A DNA stretch of 27,899 nt, taken from the IMG/VR virus record IMGVR_UViG_3300037307_000118, positions 1 through 27,899 of that record, one strand, 5' to 3'. Below the pieces are notes generated by a model that ran no database searches, had not been told where the DNA came from, and was given only the letters and a program-made list of their open reading frames with translations. Below are positions 8,293 to 15,991 of this stretch, one piece after another. The DNA is from a virus. Lineage: Duplodnaviria; Caudoviricetes. How positions within the stretch are numbered: position 1 is the first letter of the stretch; each line of letters begins with the position of its first letter. A program made the position numbers and the translations under genes.

Positions 8293-9919
8293 AGCGAACA
8301 AAGCCTTCGCTGAACTGACGCAGCGCAAGAGGCGGGGCCAGCGGCAACTGACGCGCCCTGTATTCATGCCGTCCCCGATGGGCGGCATCAATTCTGTTAC
8401 GAACATGATGACCGCGCCGCCTGAAGATGCGCTGTCGCTGGTCAACATGATTCCGAACGACTACGGCGTGCAGGTGCGTAACGGCTACGTCGAGCATTGC
8501 CAGCCCGTACCACTGGGCGATGGCATCAAGACGCTGATCCCGTTCGAGAACAGCGCCAGTGACACGCCTGTACGCAAGTTGTTTGCCTGCACGAGCGACG
8601 GCATCTACGACGTGACGACGGCGGGCGGTACGCCGGTCAAGGTCTACGACTTCGCCAACAAAGATGCGCGCGCAGGCTGGTGCTCGTGGGCGCACTACAT
8701 CAACACGGCGCAGGCGCAGTTCCTGCTCGTCTGCGACAACAGCAACGGGTACATCCTCTATACGGCGAGTACGGATACGTGGGCGGCAGGCACGGTCACG
8801 GGGCCTGCCACCGAATCAACCTTTGACTTCGTGACGATCTGGAAGAACCGCATCTGGTTCGTCGAGGGCAACAGCGGCCGCGCGTGGTACCTGCCAGTCG
8901 GTGAACTGACGGGCACGGCGAAGGAGTTCAACTTCGGCAACAAGTTTCGCTATGGCGGCTACCTCAAGTCGCTGTGGAACTGGACTGTCGATGGCGGCGA
9001 AGGGATGGACGATTACCTTGTCGCGCTCAGCAGCGCGGGCGACATGGTGGTTTACAAGGGAACCGACCCTGACACGACGGGCGGATTCATCATGCACGGC
9101 TCGTGGTACATCGGCCGCCCGACACAGGGGCGGCGCAATGGCGACGACGCAGGCGGGGAACTGCTGCTGCTCACGCAGTTCGGCCTGCTGCAGTGCTCGA
9201 AGCTGATCGCGGGCCTGCCTGCAACGGATGAGCAGGTGGCACTGAGCTACAAGATCAACCCCCGCATCAACCGTGTGTTGCAACGGGGCAATAACGTCTA
9301 CGGCTGGCAGATCAAGTTCGACCCTGCGAGTCAGCTGATCTTCGTGCTCTCTCCGCAGGAACAGGGCGCTGACTGGATGCAGTTCGTCTACAGCATGACG
9401 ACGCGCGCATGGGCGCAGTTCGTCGGCATTCCGATGAACTGCGCCGAAGTGCTGTTCAATAAGCTGTACTTCGGAGACAAGGACAATCGCGTTTACACGT
9501 ACTCCGGGAATCTGGATAACGTGATGCTGGATGATGCCGGGGCCAGCGCCGTGCCGGTCGAATGGACGTGGCTCTCGACGTACCAGACGCTCGGAGAGCC
9601 CGCGATCTACAAGCGCGTGCAATTCCTGCGCCCGCAGTTCATCGGGCTGGCGACGCCTTCCTACGTCATCTCTGCGCGCTACAACTTCGATCTTTCCGAG
9701 GTTGATACCACGCCGCCCTACGTCGTGCCTTCGGGCTCGTTGTGGGATTCCGCGCTGTGGGACACGGCGAAATGGAATGGCGGGTACGTTGTCGATACGC
9801 CGCCTCGTGGCGCGTACGGCATGGGACGCAGCGTTGCCATAGCGATGCGCGGGGAAAGCGCTGCCGAGACGGTGTTCATCGGCGTCGATGTACTGTTTGA
9901 TTCGGGTGGGATGCTGTGA
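8282..9919 (+). CDS. tail nozzle (tubular protein B / P22 gp10-like)
   Basis: 545 aa, aromatic and beta-rich; PSPMGGIN start, WKNRIWF, VVYKGTDP, WDSALWDTAKW near the C-terminus. Confidence 0.85.
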   Translation: MVPEANKAFAELTQRKRRGQRQLTRPVFMPSPMGGINSVTNMMTAPPEDALSLVNMIPNDYGVQVRNGYVEHCQPVPLGDGIKTLIPFENSASDTPVRKLFACTSDGIYDVTTAGGTPVKVYDFANKDARAGWCSWAHYINTAQAQFLLVCDNSNGYILYTASTDTWAAGTVTGPATESTFDFVTIWKNRIWFVEGNSGRAWYLPVGELTGTAKEFNFGNKFRYGGYLKSLWNWTVDGGEGMDDYLVALSSAGDMVVYKGTDPDTTGGFIMHGSWYIGRPTQGRRNGDDAGGELLLLTQFGLLQCSKLIAGLPATDEQVALSYKINPRINRVLQRGNNVYGWQIKFDPASQLIFVLSPQEQGADWMQFVYSMTTRAWAQFVGIPMNCAEVLFNKLYFGDKDNRVYTYSGNLDNVMLDDAGASAVPVEWTWLSTYQTLGEPAIYKRVQFLRPQFIGLATPSYVISARYNFDLSEVDTTPPYVVPSGSLWDSALWDTAKWNGGYVVDTPPRGAYGMGRSVAIAMRGESAAETVFIGVDVLFDSGGML

Positions 9920-10350
9920 AGCCGCGCATTCAATTCCGTGCGATGACGCCTCTCGACTACGAGGAATTCACCCGAGAGACTTCCTACTACCCCGGCCCTC
10001 AGTTCGGGGGCGTCATCGCATGGTTCCAGTCCGGCGGGAACGAAGTCGTCATGGGTGCCGTAGGGCTCGACAGCTGGACGCCGACGAGCGTCATGGCGCA
10101 TTGGTGGATCAGGCACCCGCGCTGCATCCTGCCGTTGTGGGCCGAGGTTACGGGCTACCTCGCGAAGTACGGCAAGCGCAAGGTCATCGGATCGACGCCA
10201 AGCGACAACGTGCGCGCGCTGCGCACGATGACGAACAAGCTCGGCTTCGTCGAAGTCGCGCGCATCAGGGATGCGTGGAACGTCGGCATAGATCTCGTCA
10301 TCACAGAGCACAGGATCGAAGCCGCGTTGCGGCTTGAGGCGGCGGCATGA
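9916..10350 (+). CDS. GNAT-fold protein (position of T7 gp13 / P22 gp14)
   Basis: GTGA overlap; VIGSTPSDNVRALRTMTNKLGFVE resembles the GNAT N-x-x-A...LGF motif; sits between nozzle and ejection genes. Confidence 0.8.
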   Translation: MKPRIQFRAMTPLDYEEFTRETSYYPGPQFGGVIAWFQSGGNEVVMGAVGLDSWTPTSVMAHWWIRHPRCILPLWAEVTGYLAKYGKRKVIGSTPSDNVRALRTMTNKLGFVEVARIRDAWNVGIDLVITEHRIEAALRLEAAA

Positions 10351-11609
10351 GCAAGTCAACCCCGAAGGCCCCTGACTACACGGCTGCGGCCATTGCGCAG
10401 GGCAACGCAAGCCGTGACGTGACGGAACAGCAGACGTGGGCGAACCGTCCGGACCAGTACACGCCGTTCGGTTCGCAGACGTGGCAGAACGCGCCACAGT
10501 ACGACCCTGCGACGGGCCAGACGCTCAACCGCTGGACGCAGACGACGACGCTTGCGCCCGAAGCGCAGCGCGCGCTCGACGCGCAGATGATGCTCGAAAG
10601 TGGCCGCTCGGAGCTTGGCGCGAGCTTGTTTCCACGTGCGCAGCAGGAATTCGGGCAGGCGATGGATTGGAGCAGGTTCCAGCAGGGCGGTGGAGTGCCG
10701 CAGGCAGGAATGCTGACGCCGGAGCAGCTGCAGCGCGGGTACGCGATTCAGGGTCCGGCGCTCGATCCCTCGCAGCGCTACTCCAATCAGGCGAACGAGG
10801 CGATCTATAACCAGTGGGCTTCGCGCGCGCTGCCGCAGCAGGAGCGCGACACGAACGCGCTGCGTACCCGCCTGTACAACATGGGGCTTCGCGAAGGCGA
10901 CGCTGTCTATGACGACGAGGTGCGCAAGCTGCGCGAGACGCAGAACGATGCCGCACGGCAGGCCGCGTATCAGGCGACGATCGGCAGTGGCGCGGAAGCG
11001 CAGCGTTACCTCGGCATGGACGCTGCGACCCGTGCGCAGCTGACGGGCGAGCAGCGCGACCTTGCGGGCTTTGGCAATCAGGCTGCGCTCGGGCAGTTCG
11101 GCATGGGCGCGCAGGCGGGGCAGCAGAACTACGGCCAGCAGCTGCAGTCGAGCCAGTACCAGACGCAGCTGCGCCAGCAGCAGATCGCCGAGGAGATGCA
11201 GCGTCGCGGCTTCAGCCTGAACGAAATCAACGCGCTGATTTCCGGGCAGCAGGTGGGAATGCCGACGATGCCCGGCTTCAATCAGGCGCAGCGCGCCGAA
11301 GTGCCGCAGTTCCTGCAGGCCGCAGGAATGCAGGGGCAGTCCGCGCTCGACGCCTACAACGCGCGGCAGGCGGGCCTGCAGGGGATGCTCTCGGGTTTCG
11401 GTTCGCTCGGTAGCGGCTTCATGATGAGCGACAGGCGGTTTAAACAGACTGTTCGCCGCATCGGATCGACGCCCGCAGGGACGCCGCTCTACTCGTTCCG
11501 GTACATCTTCGGCGGCCCTGAGATGGTTGGTGTCATGGCAGACGAAGTGCCGCATGCGGTCATGAAGATCGCGGGCATCAGCTTCGTCGATTACTCGAAG
11601 GTGAAGTGA
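10347..11609 (+). CDS. internal virion/ejection protein with C-terminal peptidase S74 (intramolecular chaperone) domain
   Basis: MSKSTPKAPDY start, NRPDQYTPFGS, Q/A/G-rich body; C-terminal SDRRFK...LYSFRY...GVMADEV...VDYSKV. Confidence 0.85.
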   Translation: MSKSTPKAPDYTAAAIAQGNASRDVTEQQTWANRPDQYTPFGSQTWQNAPQYDPATGQTLNRWTQTTTLAPEAQRALDAQMMLESGRSELGASLFPRAQQEFGQAMDWSRFQQGGGVPQAGMLTPEQLQRGYAIQGPALDPSQRYSNQANEAIYNQWASRALPQQERDTNALRTRLYNMGLREGDAVYDDEVRKLRETQNDAARQAAYQATIGSGAEAQRYLGMDAATRAQLTGEQRDLAGFGNQAALGQFGMGAQAGQQNYGQQLQSSQYQTQLRQQQIAEEMQRRGFSLNEINALISGQQVGMPTMPGFNQAQRAEVPQFLQAAGMQGQSALDAYNARQAGLQGMLSGFGSLGSGFMMSDRRFKQTVRRIGSTPAGTPLYSFRYIFGGPEMVGVMADEVPHAVMKIAGISFVDYSKVK

Positions 11610-11610
11610 C

Positions 11611-11988
11611 ATGTTCATGATCGACCCTCGCACTGGCCAGCCCATTGCGCCGCAGGCCCCCGCAGCGCCGCAGGCGGGTACGCAGAATCCTTACGGGCTT
11701 GATCCTGCGGTGCTCGAAGCAATGCTCGGCACCTATGGCGACACGCAGGAAATCAGCGCACTTGAGCGGCAGATGGCTGCGGCCGAAGCGCTGCGCCAGC
11801 CGACTCCGGAAGGGCGGCAGGCAGGGCGCGTGTTCGTCGCGGCTAATCCGCTCGAACATCTGGGGAAGGGCATCGGCGATTACCGTCTGATGAAGCAGCG
11901 GCAGGCGAACGAGGCCGCGCAGGCCGCCGCGCGCAAGCGCATCGATGAGAACGTCAGGGCCTACGGAAAGAACCTGCCCGGAGTATGA
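11611..11988 (+). CDS. small ejection-type virion protein
   Basis: 125 aa, A/Q-rich, GRVFVAANPLEHLG; lies in the ejection gene cluster. Confidence 0.7.
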   Translation: MFMIDPRTGQPIAPQAPAAPQAGTQNPYGLDPAVLEAMLGTYGDTQEISALERQMAAAEALRQPTPEGRQAGRVFVAANPLEHLGKGIGDYRLMKQRQANEAAQAAARKRIDENVRAYGKNLPGV

Positions 11989-11991
11989 GTC

Positions 11992-13023
11992 ATGGCTGAT
12001 TCGTTCAGCGCGCTTGAAGTGCTGCTTGAGCCTGCCGACCCACTGAATGATCCGTTCAGGCGGCAGGCCACGGCTGCGGCACTGCGCCGGCAAAACGCCT
12101 ATGGCGTGCTCGGGCAGCTGATGGGCGTACAGCCGACACAGCGGGCAGGCGTTGCGCTGCAGGACACGGCGCAGCAGTCCCTGCGCGGCCTTCTCGCCAA
12201 GCAGCAGGCGGACAAGGCCGCCGCTGCGCGCGCGGCTGAGCAGGCACAGCAGCAGCAGAACTGGCAGGCTGAGCAGGCACAGCAGCAGCAGAACTGGCAG
12301 GCTGAGCAGGCACAGCAGCAGCAGCGCCACCGCGATCAGATGGGGCTGCAGTACGCGCAGGAGCGGCGGCTTGCCGCAGCGCAGAACTCGGACCTGCGCG
12401 CGCAGTGGGCGTCTGCTGTCGATCCGGTCACGGGCAGCATGCGCCTGTACAACCGGTACACGGGTGAATGGCGCGACGAGACGCCTGCCGGTCCCGCCGC
12501 GCCAGCGCAGCTGCCGCAGTTCAATCCTGCGCTTGGTATGAGGCCGACTGAGCGCATGAAGAACGACCTCACGGGCATCCAGCAGCAGCGCGGGGCCATT
12601 CAGGGCGCAGTGGCTGCTGCCGAGCAGAATCCGCAGGCGTTCGGCTTCGGTCCGCGCAACCTGCTCGAACAGTTCGGCGGCCCCGTCGGTTCGGCGATCG
12701 CGGCATGGGCGCGCAATCCGCAGGACACGGCCGCACGGTCGTTCGTGCTGAACAACGTCTCCGCGATCATCAACGAGCGCGCGGGCGCGGCGCAGTCGGC
12801 GCAGGAACTGGCGCGGCTGCGGGGCTTCCTGCCGAACGAGACGGACAGCGTGAGGAAGGTACAGGCGAAATTCGGCGCGTTCCTGCAGTACCTCGAAGAG
12901 CGTGAGGCTGCGACGCGCGGGTATACCGTCGAGGAACTGCGCAACAACGCGCGCTCCACTGTGCCGCCTGTACGGCAAGGCTCGGGTGCGACGTCTGACG
13001 ACCCGATCGACTTGGGGGGCTGA
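11992..13023 (+). CDS. ejection (DNA transfer) protein
   Basis: 343 aa, Q/A-rich helical; ERAGAAQSAQELARLRGFLP is a motif type seen in podovirus DNA-transfer proteins. Confidence 0.75.
   Translation: MADSFSALEVLLEPADPLNDPFRRQATAAALRRQNAYGVLGQLMGVQPTQRAGVALQDTAQQSLRGLLAKQQADKAAAARAAEQAQQQQNWQAEQAQQQQNWQAEQAQQQQRHRDQMGLQYAQERRLAAAQNSDLRAQWASAVDPVTGSMRLYNRYTGEWRDETPAGPAAPAQLPQFNPALGMRPTERMKNDLTGIQQQRGAIQGAVAAAEQNPQAFGFGPRNLLEQFGGPVGSAIAAWARNPQDTAARSFVLNNVSAIINERAGAAQSAQELARLRGFLPNETDSVRKVQAKFGAFLQYLEEREAATRGYTVEELRNNARSTVPPVRQGSGATSDDPIDLGG
12235..12324 (+). repeat. 33-bp in-frame tandem repeat (AEQAQQQQNWQ, 2.7 copies)
   Basis: GCTGAGCAGGCACAGCAGCAGCAGAACTGGCAG at 12235-12267 and 12268-12300, partial at 12301-12324. 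Confidence 0.97.
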
Positions 13024-13026
13024 GGC

Positions 13027-14706
13027 ATGCCGTTCTTCCGTTTAAACGGGCAGGTCATCGAGGCTCCTACGCCCGATGCCGCTAGGGCGCGCTTTGCTCA
13101 GCGTGCTGCGCTGCAACAGCAGTACCAGTCCGAAGCTCCAAGTGCCGTTGAGGGCATGTCCGGTCCCCAGAGGTTCGTTGCCGGCATCGGACAGGGCGCA
13201 ACCCATGCCGGGCGGCAGGTGGGCAACCTTCTCGGCGTCGTGTCCGACGAAGCCCTGCAGGACGCCGCCAGCCTCGATAAGGGCCTGCTGGGCACGGGGG
13301 CCGGTCAGGCAGGGGCCTTCCTCGGAGAAGTCGCCGCCACGGCCCCCGTAGGCGGTCTGGTGGGGGCTGGCGGCAGGACTCTGGCTTCCCAGCTGGGTGC
13401 CAAGACCTTGGGGAAGAAGCTGGCGACCGTGGCGGCGGGTGGCCTTGGACAGGGCGCGGCCGAGGGCGCGCTGATGGCGGGACCGGGCGACCGGGGGGCG
13501 GGTGCGGCGATCGGCGGGGCTGCGGGCGCAGTGCTGCCCTACGTCGGCGGGACGCTCGTGCAGAGCGTGACTCGGGGCATCCGGCCTTCCGCCCCTGCCC
13601 GCGAACTGATGCGCAAGAACGTTGATCTGACGCCGGGGCAGATGAATCCCGGCAGCATGCTCGGGCAGCTGGAAGAGGCAGCCACGAACGTCTGGGGCGT
13701 TGGCCCCCTGATCCAGAGTGCCCGCGAAAGGGCTCTGCAGGGCTGGCAGCGCGCTGCACGCAGGGCAGTCCTGCCGCCGGGGGTAAACCCTTCGCAGGCG
13801 AACGGGTCGATTGATTCGGTCTATGCCGAGTACGGGCCTGCCTATGATGCAGCCAAGAAATTCCCGGTGTATCCGCGCACGATGCCCTTGACGGGACCGG
13901 GGGTGCCGCTCGCAAGCTTCTCACAGCGACCCGGCCTGTTCACGCTGGCTGCGCGCGATCCTGACGTCATCGCAGATGCCACCAAGCGCAAGGCAGTCGA
14001 TGCGTGGCTGCAGAACAAGCTCACGCAACTGCCCGGCGCGGGACGGCAGCTGGTAACCAGCGACGACCTGTTGAAGCTGCGCAGTGACATTCGTGACCAG
14101 ATCAGGAAGGCGTCCTTGGGACCTGCGGCTGATACCTCGCAGGCTGACCTGCTGCGCAACGCGGAACGTGCGGTTACGGATGTTCTTGATTCGCAGCTTC
14201 CTCCCGGCGTGCTGCAGGGGCTCAGAGCGACCGATGCGCAGTACGCGCAGTACAAGGTGCTCGAAGATGCGACCCGCCGCGCGGGGGATCAGCTGATGGG
14301 GGTGACGCCTTCGCAGTTGTCCGCTGCGGTCCGCGCAGCCACGCCGCACGGCGCTTATGCACGCGGGGCGGGCGGTGACCTGCGGAAGCTGGCGAGCACG
14401 GGCAAGCAGGCATTCGATACGCGTACGCCACCTACGGGCGTCCGCCTTGCAACGCTGGCAATCCCTGCAACCGTTCTTGCGACCAACCCTGTTGCGGGTG
14501 CTCTGCTGGCTGGCACGGTCGGTTTTGCAGCGGCGACTAGGAGCGGGCGCAGGATGCTGAGCGGGCAGACAGCGCCGCAGGACAAAGCGCGACGGCTTAT
14601 TGCGGCTCTGCGGCGCAAGGCAGGTCCCGGTAACCGCGCCGATGCCAAGACAGTCGGTATCGCAGCCAGCACGGCCGCAGGCCGCGCTGCTGAGGAGCAG
14701 GAGTAG
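13027..14706 (+). CDS. large ejection (DNA transfer) protein
   Basis: 559 aa with glycine-zipper-like hydrophobic segments (GAGAAIGGAAGAVLP) and DLTPGQ; last gene before the tail fibre. Confidence 0.75.
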   Translation: MPFFRLNGQVIEAPTPDAARARFAQRAALQQQYQSEAPSAVEGMSGPQRFVAGIGQGATHAGRQVGNLLGVVSDEALQDAASLDKGLLGTGAGQAGAFLGEVAATAPVGGLVGAGGRTLASQLGAKTLGKKLATVAAGGLGQGAAEGALMAGPGDRGAGAAIGGAAGAVLPYVGGTLVQSVTRGIRPSAPARELMRKNVDLTPGQMNPGSMLGQLEEAATNVWGVGPLIQSARERALQGWQRAARRAVLPPGVNPSQANGSIDSVYAEYGPAYDAAKKFPVYPRTMPLTGPGVPLASFSQRPGLFTLAARDPDVIADATKRKAVDAWLQNKLTQLPGAGRQLVTSDDLLKLRSDIRDQIRKASLGPAADTSQADLLRNAERAVTDVLDSQLPPGVLQGLRATDAQYAQYKVLEDATRRAGDQLMGVTPSQLSAAVRAATPHGAYARGAGGDLRKLASTGKQAFDTRTPPTGVRLATLAIPATVLATNPVAGALLAGTVGFAAATRSGRRMLSGQTAPQDKARRLIAALRRKAGPGNRADAKTVGIAASTAAGRAAEEQE

Positions 14707-14711
14707 AGCAA

Positions 14712-15986
14712 ATGGCCCGCGATTCGAACGGTAACTACACGCTGCCCGCAGGCAACCCTGTTGTCAGCGGTGAGGTGATCTCTACGGGGTGGGCCAACCC
14801 CACGCTCTCCGACATTGCGAACGAACTGACGAATTCGCTCGATCGGCAGGGGCGCGGTGGAATGCTCGCGCCCTTCAAGTTTACCGACGGCACGTCGAGT
14901 GCGCCGGGCATCTCGTGGTCCAGCGAGCCTTCATCGGGGCTTTACCGCGCAGGGTCTGGCGACATGCGCGCGACCATTGCGGGCGTGCCGCGTATGCGCT
15001 GGACGAGCACGGGCGTCGATGTCTGGGATTCGGTCAACTCTGTCTGGATCGCGCTGACGAACGCCTCGGGCAGCAACCTCGCTTTCCTCACGGCGGCCAA
15101 CGTCTACACGGCAACGCCGCAGCAGCTGAACAACGCGGCGGGTACGATCCAAGTCGTCAATGCGCTGCCTGCGCCGACTTCCGGCGTACGTATCGGGCTT
15201 GCGCAGATCGTCAGCAGCCCTTCTGTGGACATCTACACGGGCGGCGCATGGCGCGCGCTGCTGTACGGCAACTCGTCCGAAGCCGTACTGCGGGGTGATA
15301 CGGTTGAGTTTGAGGATTACACGGGCGCAGCGTCGTTCAGCGTCGCTGCGACGCAGGTCTACACGCACAACGGCAGGCCGCTGAACATCCTTGCGGCGGG
15401 TGACGCGACGGGCATATCGCTCGCGTCTGACGGCGCGCTGAATTCGAATACCACGTGGTCCTTCCGCATTCAGGGCGTTTCGCATCTCGGACTGACAGCC
15501 ACGGAATTCTCGCTGGTCAGCGGGCTGCGGCAGAATTTCTACGACTCGTCGAACGCGAACTTTTTCAACGTCTCGAACGTCGGCAATGCGCTGCAATGGA
15601 ATTCAAGCGCGGCGGGTGCCAGCTACGTCTGGCAGGTCAACGCAGCGTCTGCTGTGACGCTGCTGGGCGGCGTACCGAATTACCTGCAGATCGGTGGTAA
15701 CACGCGCCTGCAGCTGCTTGCGCTCAACGGCACGACGAACGTCGTTGCGGCTGTCGATGACGCGGGGCCTGCCCGCTGGGTCTCGGATACTTCCGTGACG
15801 GCGTACCAGTGGTACCACGGCAACGACGAATGGGTGAACCTGACGAGCTTCGGGATGCTGCTGTACAGCAAGGGCGCGGCGCTCTATCACGATAACGGGG
15901 TCCTGCAGAGCGGGCGCGTCATCGTCTCCGATCAGCCCGCGCCTTCGAGCGGGTATCCACCCGGCACGGTCTGGCTGCAGGTTTAA
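14712..15986 (+). CDS. tail fibre protein
   Basis: N-terminal virion-attachment type sequence MARDSNGNYTLPAGNPVVSG...WAN, GTSSAPGISW, beta-rich body, and C-terminal VIVSDQPAPSSGYPPGTVWLQV. Confidence 0.85.
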   Translation: MARDSNGNYTLPAGNPVVSGEVISTGWANPTLSDIANELTNSLDRQGRGGMLAPFKFTDGTSSAPGISWSSEPSSGLYRAGSGDMRATIAGVPRMRWTSTGVDVWDSVNSVWIALTNASGSNLAFLTAANVYTATPQQLNNAAGTIQVVNALPAPTSGVRIGLAQIVSSPSVDIYTGGAWRALLYGNSSEAVLRGDTVEFEDYTGAASFSVAATQVYTHNGRPLNILAAGDATGISLASDGALNSNTTWSFRIQGVSHLGLTATEFSLVSGLRQNFYDSSNANFFNVSNVGNALQWNSSAAGASYVWQVNAASAVTLLGGVPNYLQIGGNTRLQLLALNGTTNVVAAVDDAGPARWVSDTSVTAYQWYHGNDEWVNLTSFGMLLYSKGAALYHDNGVLQSGRVIVSDQPAPSSGYPPGTVWLQV

Positions 15987-15991
15987 ACACC

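Noticed and set aside
707-14349. Long antisense ORFs in the late arm (e.g. 707-2386, 6913-8448, 10356-11645, 11578-12978)
   Set aside because: Shadow frames expected in GC-rich coding DNA; Arg-rich, with no recognisable motifs or RBS.
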